Source: Gemmatimonadales bacterium
GTDB taxonomy: Bacteria; Gemmatimonadota; Gemmatimonadetes; Gemmatimonadales; GWC2-71-9
DNA: 64,000 bases
Direction of reading: 5' to 3'
Assembly: GCA_041615815.1 (NCBI GenBank)
Contig: JBFJCP010000012.1
Location: 45,533 to 109,532, forward strand
Of the stretch, positions 37,634-47,781 are shown one piece after another. The notes beneath the pieces were generated by a model that saw only the letters and a program-made list of their open reading frames with translations, was not told where the DNA came from and searched no databases. Made by a program: the position numbers and the translations under genes. Within the stretch, counting starts at the first letter, position 1; each line of letters begins with the position of its first letter.

Positions 37634-38086
37634 TCAGCGATCGCCCATGCCCACCAGCCGTCGATCCAGGGATCCCAGGCCCGAGCCCTTCACGAACACC
37701 GCGATCGCGATTGCCAGCGCCAGCAGGTGGTATTCGAAGCCCTCACCGGGCAGCGTGCCGCTCCAGTCCATAAAGAAGCCGTTGGGGAGATGCACTTTGA
37801 CCGCCGCCACAATCATGATCGCCGCGATCCCGACGGCGGCGATCCGGCTACCGAGACCCAAGAGCAATGCGAGCCCACCGAAAAACTCGAAGGCGATCAC
37901 CGCCAGCGTCAGAACCGGCGGAATGCCAAGCGCGTCGTGGAAATAGGTCAGCGTCCCGTCGAGCCCCGGCCCTCCGAACCACCCCAGCAACTTCTGGGCA
38001 CCGTGCGGCAGCATCACGACGCCCAGAACCGTGCGAAGCACGAGGGCGCTCGGGTCGGCGTCTGTCTGGAAAAGGCGTTTCCACAT
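37634..38086 (-). CDS. DoxX family membrane protein
   Basis: PHGAQKLLGWFGGPG, EFFGG, GFEYHLL, SLD; AGGAGG RBS. Confidence 0.92.
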   Translation of the reverse strand: MWKRLFQTDADPSALVLRTVLGVVMLPHGAQKLLGWFGGPGLDGTLTYFHDALGIPPVLTLAVIAFEFFGGLALLLGLGSRIAAVGIAAIMIVAAVKVHLPNGFFMDWSGTLPGEGFEYHLLALAIAIAVFVKGSGLGSLDRRLVGMGDR

Positions 38087-38154
38087 CGTCTCCTCCTATT
38101 GTTGATATGACAGTGATTGACTGATCAGTTATTGGCGCCTAAAAAAACCTGGCT

Positions 38155-38634
38155 TCATTCGAGACCGCCCCGGATCGCGTCGAGCAACCCGATCAGCCTC
38201 CTCTGGTCGCTGGGGGTGAGCGGTGCCACGGTGCGGATGTCAGTTTCGTTGATCGGTTCATCCAGCTCGTGCAGCAGCTCCCCGCCCTTCGCGGTGAGAT
38301 AGCAACGGACCTCCCGGCGATCGTCTGCCGATCGCTCGCGCCGGACCCAACCCCGTTTTTCCAGCCGGTCCATCATGCGGGTGATTCCCGGAGTACGCTC
38401 GACGAGCCGCTCCGCCACCTCCAGGGTCGGTAGACCCTCAGGGCCCGCACCGCGGAGAATGCGCAGCACATTGTATTGCGGGTGCGTGATTCCATAGGGC
38501 TCGAGCACTCTATTCACATAGCGACGGAGCACGTCGGCCGTATGCAAGAGCCCCACGGCCGCCTCGTGGCCCGGCGATCGAAATGGCCGGGTCTGGCGCA
38601 GTTCGCGTTGCAGAGCGCTTGAGCGGTCTCCCAT
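38155..38634 (-). CDS. MarR family transcriptional regulator
   Basis: QYNVLRILRGA, ITRMMDRLEKRGWV, DRR, LTAKG. Confidence 0.92.
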   Translation of the reverse strand: MGDRSSALQRELRQTRPFRSPGHEAAVGLLHTADVLRRYVNRVLEPYGITHPQYNVLRILRGAGPEGLPTLEVAERLVERTPGITRMMDRLEKRGWVRRERSADDRREVRCYLTAKGGELLHELDEPINETDIRTVAPLTPSDQRRLIGLLDAIRGGLE

Positions 38635-38713
38635 GAGCCCAACCTAGCGCAATTCACTTAATATGTCAACTATTGAATAATCCACCATCTTACTGCGTTG
38701 CCGCCACGACCCC

Positions 38714-39130
38714 TCAGGAAGCGACCCACGCCCACTGCCCGAGCTTGAAAGCCGCACCCGCCACCAGCCCGCACAACACGGTCCCCCATCCCAGGTCCAC
38801 AATGACCATCGTTCCCGGGAATCCCTCGAGCGTGGCCAGATTGGTGAGGTCGTAGGTGGCATACGCCACCAGCCCGAAGAAGCCCCCGAGGACGACCGCG
38901 CGAGCCAACGACTGACGTTCGAGCCCCGGGAGGACGGCGAACACCAGGATCCCCGCGATAAAGAGGAGATAGAACGCGAGCGCGGCGCCCCACCGCACCT
39001 CCGCCCGCATCAGCGATCCCAGCTGCGCTCGGTAGAACCCCCGGGCCACAATCCCCAACCACAAGAGATCGATCGCGAAGAAGATCGGGACGGTCAGGGC
39101 GTACAGCTTGGCAAAGCCGACAAACGTCAT
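38714..39130 (-). CDS. DUF2177 family membrane protein
   Basis: IDLLWLG, YATYDLTNLATL, DLGWG. Confidence 0.9.
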   Translation of the reverse strand: MTFVGFAKLYALTVPIFFAIDLLWLGIVARGFYRAQLGSLMRAEVRWGAALAFYLLFIAGILVFAVLPGLERQSLARAVVLGGFFGLVAYATYDLTNLATLEGFPGTMVIVDLGWGTVLCGLVAGAAFKLGQWAWVAS

Positions 39131-39164
39131 GACAACCTCACTGGACTGGTTGGACCCGGCGCGG

Positions 39165-40967
39165 TCAGCGGAGGGTGAGAAACAGATCGCCGTTCAACGT
39201 CGTCACGCGCACGCCGTCGTCGGTCTCGGAGGCCGCGAGCAACCGCACCACGAGGAGCAGGGTCCCCCCGGCGGACTCCAAACGAACGGTCATCAGCTCG
39301 GCCGGTACCTTCCGGTCTCCGGATAGATCGCTCCGCCCGTACTCTCGCACGGAGTCCACGAAGCCCGCGAGCGGCACGGCCATGATCCGCACATTGCCAC
39401 GCCGAATCTCGAGCGTGCTGCTCCGTTCATCGAACGACAAACGATGCGGCAGACCGTCCAGGACGACGGTCTGGTCACGGGTCCAATCGTTGCGCATGTG
39501 ATATCGCGACCCTTCGACGACCGTGACCACCTCCTCGTCAGCCAGACGGTACGTGAACGATCGTTGCTCGGCGGTTTCCCACCGATTGACATACTCGAGT
39601 CCCAGCCACGTCATCACGACAGCCGCCCGCTGTTCGCCTACCCATCTGCGCAGTCGACGATCCGACACCGTATCGATTTCGGCCAGCCGCCCTCCAAACC
39701 AGCCACTGAGACCGACGGTATCGTGTGTCGCCAGGAGGTACCGCAATGTCGCGCTGATCTCTCGCCGATCGGCAAACGACACGGGCGCAGAAGTCGGCTG
39801 GATGGTCTCCTCCTCGAGCAACCCGTTTCGCTCGAGCAGGGTCTCGAGCCGTCCAAGCTGGCTCCGACGCGATACTTCGTACGAACTCCACGGCCCCGCT
39901 GCAGTGAGAAAGGCGATGACCGCCAGGGAAACAGGGATCAGTTTGATTGGCCCTCGTGGCCGCACCGTGTAGTACACCGCGATGGCGGTGAGCCACAGCG
40001 TGAGCACCACCACGACGTAACGCTTTTCGGTGATCCCGTATTGCCCAATGCGCTGCCAGATCGCCAACAGCAACATCGCGATCGACGGGAACAGAAGGAC
40101 GAAAAACCCCCTGCTGAAGGTGGCAATCCAGCGATTCTCGGTGCGCTCTCCAATGGGATGAACCAACAGGAAGGCCAGAATACCCGCGACGGCCACGCTC
40201 GATACGAGATAACCGATCCAACCGCTCGGCCAGGTTCGCGTCACCAGGATGCGAGCCAGATAGATCGTCAAAATGACGAGATACAGCGCCACGATGGGCG
40301 TGAGGATGTACTGAGAGAAGATCTTGAGACCCTTGGGATAGTCTTGCAACTGCTCGAGCGGTGCCAGGTCTCGTGGAATACCCCCCAAAAAGAACCAGGT
40401 GTTGAAGACGAACGCGATGAGGAGCCACAACCGCAGGTAGTTCTCCTCGTCGATGTCGACCCCCAGCAGATTGTCCACGGCCAGCAGCGCGATCACGAGC
40501 CCCACAAATAGGACAGCAGAAAACACCGAGGCAGTCAGGAATCGGAGAAACAGGGTGCGGTTGTATTGCCAAAAACCGTTGCGTTCCGTGACAGCCAGGT
40601 ACGGCAGGAACGCCGCCAGGAGATGAAACCCCAAGCTGAATTGGAGGTAACGCATGCCCTGGACGGGACCGAGCCACCCTGGCCAGGCGATGAAGAACAT
40701 CCCCAGCACGAGCAGGCCAACGATCTGCCAGACCCACGGCGGGTAATGGCGTCGTTCGGAGAACAATGCCAACGCGAAGAGGAGTGGAAGACCGAGCCCC
40801 GCCACCAGAAAGATCCGCAGCAACGGGTCGTCGGCGCCGGCATCGTCCACCGCCGCCATGCCAGCGCCCGCGGCGACCAACGCTGTGACCAGGAGGACGG
40901 GGAACCGCGCAAAGGTGGCCCACGCGTCCGCCCGGAGGCGACTGACCGCCCCACGTGCCATCGTCAT
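39165..40967 (-). CDS. DUF4153 domain membrane protein
   Basis: FWQYN, YPKGLKIFSQYILTP, RIGQYGITEKRY, GPWS. Confidence 0.85.
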   Translation of the reverse strand: MTMARGAVSRLRADAWATFARFPVLLVTALVAAGAGMAAVDDAGADDPLLRIFLVAGLGLPLLFALALFSERRHYPPWVWQIVGLLVLGMFFIAWPGWLGPVQGMRYLQFSLGFHLLAAFLPYLAVTERNGFWQYNRTLFLRFLTASVFSAVLFVGLVIALLAVDNLLGVDIDEENYLRLWLLIAFVFNTWFFLGGIPRDLAPLEQLQDYPKGLKIFSQYILTPIVALYLVILTIYLARILVTRTWPSGWIGYLVSSVAVAGILAFLLVHPIGERTENRWIATFSRGFFVLLFPSIAMLLLAIWQRIGQYGITEKRYVVVVLTLWLTAIAVYYTVRPRGPIKLIPVSLAVIAFLTAAGPWSSYEVSRRSQLGRLETLLERNGLLEEETIQPTSAPVSFADRREISATLRYLLATHDTVGLSGWFGGRLAEIDTVSDRRLRRWVGEQRAAVVMTWLGLEYVNRWETAEQRSFTYRLADEEVVTVVEGSRYHMRNDWTRDQTVVLDGLPHRLSFDERSSTLEIRRGNVRIMAVPLAGFVDSVREYGRSDLSGDRKVPAELMTVRLESAGGTLLLVVRLLAASETDDGVRVTTLNGDLFLTLR

Positions 40968-41016
40968 CTCAAGGTGGTGGCTGGGTGATCAGCGAACAGA
41001 GGACGTCGGATAGAAG

Positions 41017-42717
41017 CTACCGCCGGCCACCAGCGTCTACGCGCACCAAGCGGCGAAGCAGCTGATCCAACTCCGCCGCGTCCATTCGCGCGCGTGCGTT
41101 AACCATGTATCCGCCAAACACGACGGTCCCGAACGCCGTATCCCCGCGCAGCGTGGTGACCCGCGGCGCCCCAACGATGCTGCTATCGGCCATGGCGCCG
41201 CTCATGGGCACGGCGCGCAGCGTGAGGCGTTCGCCCGAGTCCAGGAAGTGAATGACCCGGACCCCGGTGGCATCGCCGGAGGTGAACTCCGAAATACTGT
41301 CCACGACCAGACCCCGCACGAGGATGGCTGGGCCGGCGAGCGCAGTCCCCGGCGGCAGACCGGCGGGGGCCGTCAGCGGGGGCGGCGTCACGACATCGGG
41401 GGGCCGGAGCCCGGCCACCGAGTCGCGTGGTGCGGTGTCGGCTCGCGCCGCGTTCTGACGCACCAGGGCTCGGACGACGCTATCGGGAAGTCCGGGCACG
41501 AAGGTCGAGTCGAAGCCCGCGCCGCCCGATCCGACTCCCGGCGAATCGGGTTGGACCGCGTCAGCCCCTCGAAGCGCATCCGGCAGCGAATCGGCGAGTT
41601 CCCCTTCCGCGCTGTCGGCCACCGCCGAAACCGGAGCGGTGCCGGCGCCAGTGGATGGCGTATTGTCAGGTGACGCCGGGGGGCCGGCGCTCCCGCCGAA
41701 GAGACTGACCGGGATGACCCCGAGCTTGACGAAGGCGCCCCCCAGGGCGGCCACGATCAAGGCGATCGCGGCGAACATCCAGAACCGCGACCCGCCATGG
41801 CGACGCTCCGACTCACGGGTCATCGAGCTGAAGGGCCGCCGCTCGTGCTCCAGCCGTACCGACGACGCACGCGGCGGCTCCGGCGGGGGCTCGGCCACGA
41901 GATCCGCGTGGACCGGCGTCGCCACCGGATCCGGTTCCGGCGGCGGCTGGGGCTCCTCTGTGAGAGCTCGATCGGGTGCTGCGACGGGCTCATCCACGGA
42001 CGGGCGCATCCACGAGACGTCTTCGGCCGATGGTCGAGCCACCTCGTCGGGAACGATCGTGGCATCCTGCGGCATCGACGCCTGGGAAGACGGACTCTCC
42101 GGTCGCGGCTCGGCGAACGCCTGCTCATGAGGCTCGGGACGTGAGACCGGCGGGGGCGGTGCTTCCCGAGAGGCGGCGCGCTCGGGGGGGGCATCCTCCT
42201 CGACCGACGTCGCCGCACTTCCCCCGTCCTGGGGTCGCCGCACCCGGGACAGCATCTGCTCGAGCACGGGCCGTACTTCGTCATCAGACCGTCCCCGGAC
42301 GAGTTCCAGCGTCTCCAAGGGCTTGGGAAGATTCGCGCGGTCGGCGAAGTCCGCGAGCACTTCGCGAGCGGCCCCAACGTGGCCGTGGTCCAGCAACTGC
42401 TGTGAAAACGTAAAGTAGACCGACGTGCGTGTGGGCGAGATCCGCAGGGTTTTGAGGCAGAGGGCGATCACGCTCTTCGCGGAACCGTGCTCCGCATACA
42501 GCGCCGCCGCCCGTTCATACATCCGGACCGCGCCTTCGGTATCACCGGCTTTAAACTGGAGGTCGCCCACCTTCACGTACAGCGGCAGCTGCCCCTTGAT
42601 GGCGGGGGTACCCTCGAGATGGGTGAGGATATGACGATAGATGGCGAGGGCCTTGTCGAAGTCCCCCTGCCGCTCGTATTGACGAGCCTGATCCTTAAGC
42701 GTCGCGACCTTGACCAC
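41017..42717 (-). CDS. Hypothetical protein: N-terminal TPR-like domain, Pro-rich linker, single TM
   Basis: LKDQARQYERQGDFDKALAIY...VGDL TPR pattern; central TM segment. Confidence 0.75.
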   Translation of the reverse strand: MVKVATLKDQARQYERQGDFDKALAIYRHILTHLEGTPAIKGQLPLYVKVGDLQFKAGDTEGAVRMYERAAALYAEHGSAKSVIALCLKTLRISPTRTSVYFTFSQQLLDHGHVGAAREVLADFADRANLPKPLETLELVRGRSDDEVRPVLEQMLSRVRRPQDGGSAATSVEEDAPPERAASREAPPPPVSRPEPHEQAFAEPRPESPSSQASMPQDATIVPDEVARPSAEDVSWMRPSVDEPVAAPDRALTEEPQPPPEPDPVATPVHADLVAEPPPEPPRASSVRLEHERRPFSSMTRESERRHGGSRFWMFAAIALIVAALGGAFVKLGVIPVSLFGGSAGPPASPDNTPSTGAGTAPVSAVADSAEGELADSLPDALRGADAVQPDSPGVGSGGAGFDSTFVPGLPDSVVRALVRQNAARADTAPRDSVAGLRPPDVVTPPPLTAPAGLPPGTALAGPAILVRGLVVDSISEFTSGDATGVRVIHFLDSGERLTLRAVPMSGAMADSSIVGAPRVTTLRGDTAFGTVVFGGYMVNARARMDAAELDQLLRRLVRVDAGGRR

Positions 42718-43190
42718 GAAGTCTCCCGAGCATGGTGACCGTGCAAGTCGGATGCCGCCGGCAGGTGAAAGCTAGGTGGGGCGGCTCTTTGAGGCAAAGG
42801 ATTGGAGGGTTCGAGGCGTGAAGAGGGCGGTTCAGGCGGAGGCGCTCGGCGCGATGGACCCCAGGCACCGGCCGCTGATCGCGGAGATCTTCCCCGCACA
42901 GGCCGTGGAGCCGCCCAGCATCACCACCCCCTCGCGCAGCGATCGATCCGGCAACGAGGGTCGCGTCGCTGGCTGTACGACGAAGCGGCGGTGGGCTTCG
43001 CCGCAGGTCGCACGATCCCCCCATCTGACGGTCGGATCCATCGGTCGTCTGCTTGCAAAGGGGTGCTGGGTTCCGTGCCGGCGTGCGAGGTCGCGGGCAG
43101 GCGGCGTCACGAGTAGATTCCCATCGGCGGAGCGCGGTTGCTCTCTGGCCGCGCTCCACCAATGGCGGCGCGATCAATCGTGGGGAATTC

Positions 43191-43370
43191 ATGGGACTCT
43201 TGTCGCTGGCCCGGACGCTGCGCGACGAACGTCGGTCGCTCGGCTGGAAGGGCCTGCTCCGAAAGCGTGGGTGGAAACTGATTCTGCTCCTGGCCCTGGT
43301 GTACCTGGTCCGGGACCTCATCCTGTACGTGATCGTCCCTTTGGGAACTGCGGCCTGGCTGTTCCGGTAA
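43191..43370 (+). CDS. Small membrane protein (59 aa)
   Basis: MGLLSLARTL...GWKLILLLALVYLVRDLILYVIVP; GGGGA RBS; followed by a terminator. Confidence 0.65.
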   Translation: MGLLSLARTLRDERRSLGWKGLLRKRGWKLILLLALVYLVRDLILYVIVPLGTAAWLFR

Positions 43371-43396
43371 CGAAGACCGCGCGTGGCCCCAGCAAA

Positions 43397-43424
43397 AACG
43401 GGCGGTCGCACGCGACCGCCCGTT
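43397..43424. terminator. Bidirectional terminator
   Basis: AACGGGCGGTCGC/GCGACCGCCCGTT inverted repeat flanked by A and T tracts. Confidence 0.75.
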
Positions 43425-43443
43425 CGTTTGTGAGTGCGGGGAA

Positions 43444-43911
43444 CTAAAACAGCACTCCCCCGGTAATCACGACCTGCTCACCGCCCTGCACCTCGAAGCG
43501 GAGCTCGAAGAACAAGTCGACCTGCTGCAGCGGAAAACGCCCTCCCCCACCCAGGTTGAGGCCGAGTTCTGTGTTGGAGAACGGGCCACTGGACACGTGG
43601 GCCACGTTGAGCCCGCCGATCGCGTACGGAATCACGGCATTGGTGGTATTCAACGGGAAGCCATATCCGAAGTTCCCATTGAGCTCCCAATAGTCCACAT
43701 CACCACCCGGGAAGAAAAAATCGAACGCTCCGGATACGAACGCACTAGTGTTTGGGATCCCTACTTCGATACGGGCGCCAATACCGAGATCCGCATCGTC
43801 AGCGAAGCTGAGCTCAGGCCCAACACGGATATCGGGGGTTTGAGCCTGGGCGCTTTGGACCGCTCCGACCGCGAGAACGGTGCCGAGGACGACGAAGAGT
43901 CTTCCGCGCAT
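43444..43911 (-). CDS. Small outer-membrane beta-barrel protein
   Basis: Signal peptide AQA, alternating beta pattern, C-terminal Phe; AAGGAG RBS. Confidence 0.8.
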   Translation of the reverse strand: MRGRLFVVLGTVLAVGAVQSAQAQTPDIRVGPELSFADDADLGIGARIEVGIPNTSAFVSGAFDFFFPGGDVDYWELNGNFGYGFPLNTTNAVIPYAIGGLNVAHVSSGPFSNTELGLNLGGGGRFPLQQVDLFFELRFEVQGGEQVVITGGVLF

Positions 43912-43981
43912 CGGGGTTCTCCTTCGACAAATCGGGTGAATGATGGGCGCGGGCGCAAGGTTGCGAATCTCGTGAGCGGCG

Positions 43982-45286
43982 TCAAGACATCTGACCGAGG
44001 AGAGCCTCGAGTTCCGAGGGCACGGGCGCCAACTCCAGCACGCGCTCCGGTACATCAACGAGCGCCTTGAGGGGCGCGGGGAGAGCGATGGTCTCGTCGA
44101 TCAACGGCTCCACCACCTCTCGGAACTTCGCTGGGTGGGCCGTGGCCAACCCAATGCCCACCGCGGGCTCCGCAAGATCACCGAGACCCAGGTAGCCCAC
44201 GGCGCCGTGGGGATCCAACAGATATCCGAACCGCCGATAGACACCCACGATGGCCGCCTTCGTGGCATCGTCCGAATGGACGCTTCCCACCACGTCGCGC
44301 CGCAGCTCGGGCTCGCGTCCCGCGTAGAGTGCCAGCATCCGCGGAACGTTACTGGGATCGCCCACGTCCATCGCGCTCGAGATCGTTCGCCGAGACGGGC
44401 CGGGCCGATATCGTCCGGTTCGTAGGAACTGTGGGACCACATCGTTGACGTTGGTGGCCGCTACGAATTGCGTAACGGGGAGCCCCATGCGCTTGGCTAC
44501 GAGCCCCGCGGTCAGATTGCCGAAGTTCCCGCAGGGCACGCTGACGATGATCGAGTCAGCCCATCTCTTCGTGGCCCGACACAGTTGCGTCCAAGCGTGG
44601 AAGTAGTAGATCGCCTGCGGCAGCCAACGTCCGACGTTGATCGAGTTGGCGGACGTGAGCGAACACTCGGTGCGCAGCGTCTCGTCGCCGAGTGCCCCCT
44701 TGGCCAAGCGCTGGCAATCGTCGAACGTCCCATCGACTGCGACAGCAGTCACGTTCCCGCCCAGAGTAGAGAACTGCCGACGCTGTAGCGGGCTCACCTG
44801 ACCCGCGGGAAAGAGCACCACGACGCGCACGTCGGCCAGGTCGTAAAACGCGTGCGCCACGGCCCCACCGGTATCGCCAGAGGTGGCAGTGATCACCGTG
44901 AGCGGACGCGTCCCAGTCCTCCGATACGCCACGATCAGCCGCGCCATGCATCTCGCGCCGACGTCTTTGAAGGCCAAGGTGGGACCATGGAACAACTCCA
45001 GCAGAAAGCGGCGCTCGTCCAGGGGTACCAGCGGGATTGCGAAGTCCAAAGCGGCATCCACGATTCGCGTGAGTTCGGCGGCGGTGAAACCGTCGCCAAG
45101 TAGATGCCGCAGGACGGTCCGGCCAATGCCGGACAACCCCTCTGCGATCAGGCCCTGCAGCGTGGTGCTTGGGAGCGGCGGGATCGCTTCCGGGATGTAC
45201 AGCCCGCCATCGGGTGCCAAGCCGTGAAACAGGGCCGTGCGAAAATCGACTGGGGGCGCCGACCCCACCGTGCTGACGAAACGCAT
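43982..45286 (-). CDS. thrC: Threonine synthase
   Basis: GLAPDGGLY, LELFHGPTLAFKD, ATSGDTG, SANSIN, TAHPAKF. Confidence 0.95.
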   Translation of the reverse strand: MRFVSTVGSAPPVDFRTALFHGLAPDGGLYIPEAIPPLPSTTLQGLIAEGLSGIGRTVLRHLLGDGFTAAELTRIVDAALDFAIPLVPLDERRFLLELFHGPTLAFKDVGARCMARLIVAYRRTGTRPLTVITATSGDTGGAVAHAFYDLADVRVVVLFPAGQVSPLQRRQFSTLGGNVTAVAVDGTFDDCQRLAKGALGDETLRTECSLTSANSINVGRWLPQAIYYFHAWTQLCRATKRWADSIIVSVPCGNFGNLTAGLVAKRMGLPVTQFVAATNVNDVVPQFLRTGRYRPGPSRRTISSAMDVGDPSNVPRMLALYAGREPELRRDVVGSVHSDDATKAAIVGVYRRFGYLLDPHGAVGYLGLGDLAEPAVGIGLATAHPAKFREVVEPLIDETIALPAPLKALVDVPERVLELAPVPSELEALLGQMS

Positions 45287-45349
45287 GGCGACAAGCGTAC
45301 GAAGTCGGGGAGATTGGTGCAACGAGGAGGCGCGTTGGAGCGACGCAGC

Positions 45350-47734
45350 TCAGAACTGGGGAAGCTCCACGCGAAGAGCGAACCGATCGCTATCGTAATT
45401 GGTGACCTGCCACACGAACCAAACGGAGGGGTTGAGCGGCGAGAGCATGGGCAAGAAATTGCCGATTCCGAAACCCAGCTCTCCGTACGGGGTTGGCGCG
45501 CGCTGCGCGAGTTCGTCACCAGGGTTGACCGCGTGGTCCACGAAGTCCGTGACGAACATCCCGCCGGAGATACTGAGCGTCAACGGAAGCTCACGAAGTA
45601 GCGGGAGCCAGTTGAACGCCTGTTGACCGAAGTCGTGTCGAACGTGCACCATGGCCACGCGATTCCCGCTGAAATTCGTGGCGTTCAACGTGTTGAACCC
45701 GTCGGATTCCAGGAACGGGCCTTCGCTCCGGCCGAAGTCGACGGTGAAGTATCGCTGGGGTGGCAGATTGCCCCCGGCGGCCCCAATCACGGCGTCGATG
45801 GTCGTGAGGCCCAGATTGAGCGTCCGCTGTCGCCTGGTGAGGCGAACGTAATACCGCAAGAAGTCGAACTCGCTGTCCAGCACACTGGGCGAAGCGTACT
45901 CTGTGCCGAGCGTGACCTGTGTGTAGGTAAACGTGTTGAAGACGAAGTCTCGACCTTTGCGTTTGAGCCGAGGCCGTGAATCGTACGTCAGGCTTGCAGA
46001 AAGCGAGCGAAATCGACCTGGCACGACGGGTGGATTGGGACGGGGGATCTCATCTCGATCGAGAATCGAATATTCGGAGGCGACTGACCGAGATGCGTGG
46101 TCCATGTCATGGTACGCCACCTGTAAACGGACGAAGTTGACGACCTTGGTTTGGACCGACACGGTGAAGCCCCGCTCCTGGAAATAGTCGAGCGGATCAT
46201 CCTTATCCACCAAAGCTCCAAAGGTCGTGTTCCGACCGCCTGCGATCACGGACGGTCGCGAACGCGTTTCGTCACGGTAGGCCACGCCGACCCACAGTCG
46301 TTGCGGCTCGGACACGCGGTACCACCCACCGAAATGGAACTGCCATTCCTCGCTGCCAAAGGCGTACCCGGTCTTGCCCCGCAGCACGAGCTTCGGTGAG
46401 AGCTCCGACAACGTCCCTCCCACGCCGAGATAGGCGCCTTCTACTCGATTGAAGTGAAAGACATCTTCGTTAGCCGCGATACCGATGGCCCCCACGGTCG
46501 CGCCGAGCACTCGGCGCCCGAACGGTGGTGGCTGGCTCTCGATGGAATCGATCCGGATCCACGCAGCTCGCTCGGTGTCCGTGAGCGGGACAGCCCGCCT
46601 TTCCTCCCATGCCGTGCTGTCGATCCGGTCCGCCTGGTCGTCCACGACCATGAGGTATTCTCCCAGGCTCGACGGAGTGCCTCCCTGATCGAATCGGTAG
46701 TTCTCAAGGCTCGCGACATGGGCGAACGACAGATGGTTGGGGAAGCCCGGAATCGGCACCCCCACGTGGAGCTCTCCCGAGAAGCGGATCTCCACCGGCA
46801 TCCACGCGTCCTCGCCCACCGGCTGCAGCCGTTGCCGATAGCGCAAATTCGTAAAGAGGGGGAACCGGAGTGCTTCGTTGGCCCCCACGTCGACGGCCTG
46901 AACGTCGAAGGTGGAATCTGCGATGTCGATCATGCCTGCAAAGAGTGGCCGCGCGCGCGACCGGGGCTCGATGGCTAATCGGAACACCATCTGCTCCCCG
47001 CTCCATAGGGTATCGATGAGCTGGTAGTCGTAGAAATCCAGGGCATCGTCCGCCGTTGGTGACACCACGGCATATCGCCCCACGTCGATGCGATCGCGGT
47101 TGAAGTTCACGATCTGTCCCACCGAGACGAGGTTCCGCTCGGCGTCCAGGTTGCGGGACTGTCGCCGGGCGAGGATCACTTCCTGATAACGGTCGGGTTG
47201 TTCCCAGTACGCGGTGGTCTGCGTCTCGGTCAAGAGCACAATCGATTCCGGCAGATCCTCCGTCTTCTTGAGATCGCGAACCACGAACTTCACATAGGCG
47301 TCGTAGCGGTAATCGTTGATGCGAGCAAGGAGATCGTTTTTTCGTGCAATCGCTTGCCGGATGATCCGCAGGGCGGGGTTCTCGTAATCCGCCGAAACGG
47401 TGACAGATGCAAGCTCCACCGGAATCGGGCGCATGAGAATCGCAACATCATGCACGTCCCTGCTCGCCGTGACGGTCAGGGATACCATCCGAAAACCGAT
47501 CTTTCGGATCTCGAGCACGACCGGCCCTGGTGGGACGTCGATGCGAAATGCCCCGGCGCGGCTGGTTAGGGTGGACCGGTGCTCGCCTGCGACTCGAACG
47601 ATCGCAAATGGAATGGGGTCGCCAGAGACCGTGTCGCGGACGATGCCCTGCACCGCCACGAGTGAATCCCGTTGCGCAGCAGCCACCGGGACGATGCCCA
47701 GTACGCAGCAAAGAAGAAGGGGGAGCGAGCGCAT
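45350..47734 (-). CDS. Carboxypeptidase-regulatory-like + DUF5686 outer-membrane protein
   Basis: N-terminal GIVRD..SGDPIPFA domain, IIRQAIARK, VSP, FNRVEG, C-terminal Phe. Confidence 0.8.
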   Translation of the reverse strand: MRSLPLLLCCVLGIVPVAAAQRDSLVAVQGIVRDTVSGDPIPFAIVRVAGEHRSTLTSRAGAFRIDVPPGPVVLEIRKIGFRMVSLTVTASRDVHDVAILMRPIPVELASVTVSADYENPALRIIRQAIARKNDLLARINDYRYDAYVKFVVRDLKKTEDLPESIVLLTETQTTAYWEQPDRYQEVILARRQSRNLDAERNLVSVGQIVNFNRDRIDVGRYAVVSPTADDALDFYDYQLIDTLWSGEQMVFRLAIEPRSRARPLFAGMIDIADSTFDVQAVDVGANEALRFPLFTNLRYRQRLQPVGEDAWMPVEIRFSGELHVGVPIPGFPNHLSFAHVASLENYRFDQGGTPSSLGEYLMVVDDQADRIDSTAWEERRAVPLTDTERAAWIRIDSIESQPPPFGRRVLGATVGAIGIAANEDVFHFNRVEGAYLGVGGTLSELSPKLVLRGKTGYAFGSEEWQFHFGGWYRVSEPQRLWVGVAYRDETRSRPSVIAGGRNTTFGALVDKDDPLDYFQERGFTVSVQTKVVNFVRLQVAYHDMDHASRSVASEYSILDRDEIPRPNPPVVPGRFRSLSASLTYDSRPRLKRKGRDFVFNTFTYTQVTLGTEYASPSVLDSEFDFLRYYVRLTRRQRTLNLGLTTIDAVIGAAGGNLPPQRYFTVDFGRSEGPFLESDGFNTLNATNFSGNRVAMVHVRHDFGQQAFNWLPLLRELPLTLSISGGMFVTDFVDHAVNPGDELAQRAPTPYGELGFGIGNFLPMLSPLNPSVWFVWQVTNYDSDRFALRVELPQF

Positions 47735-47781
47735 GATACCTGGTACGAACAGTAACCAGGCCGAGTTCCGCGTGGGGGGGA

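Noticed and set aside
38098..38675. Possible MarR operators (ATTGTTGATATGACAGT near 38098; AT-rich box near 38657)
   Set aside because: The imperfect palindromes do not match each other well enough to call.
42720..43190. ORFs 42776-43447 (+), 42832-43110 (-), 42695-43411 (-)
   Set aside because: Arg/Pro/Ser-rich with no recognisable motifs; cannot be supported.
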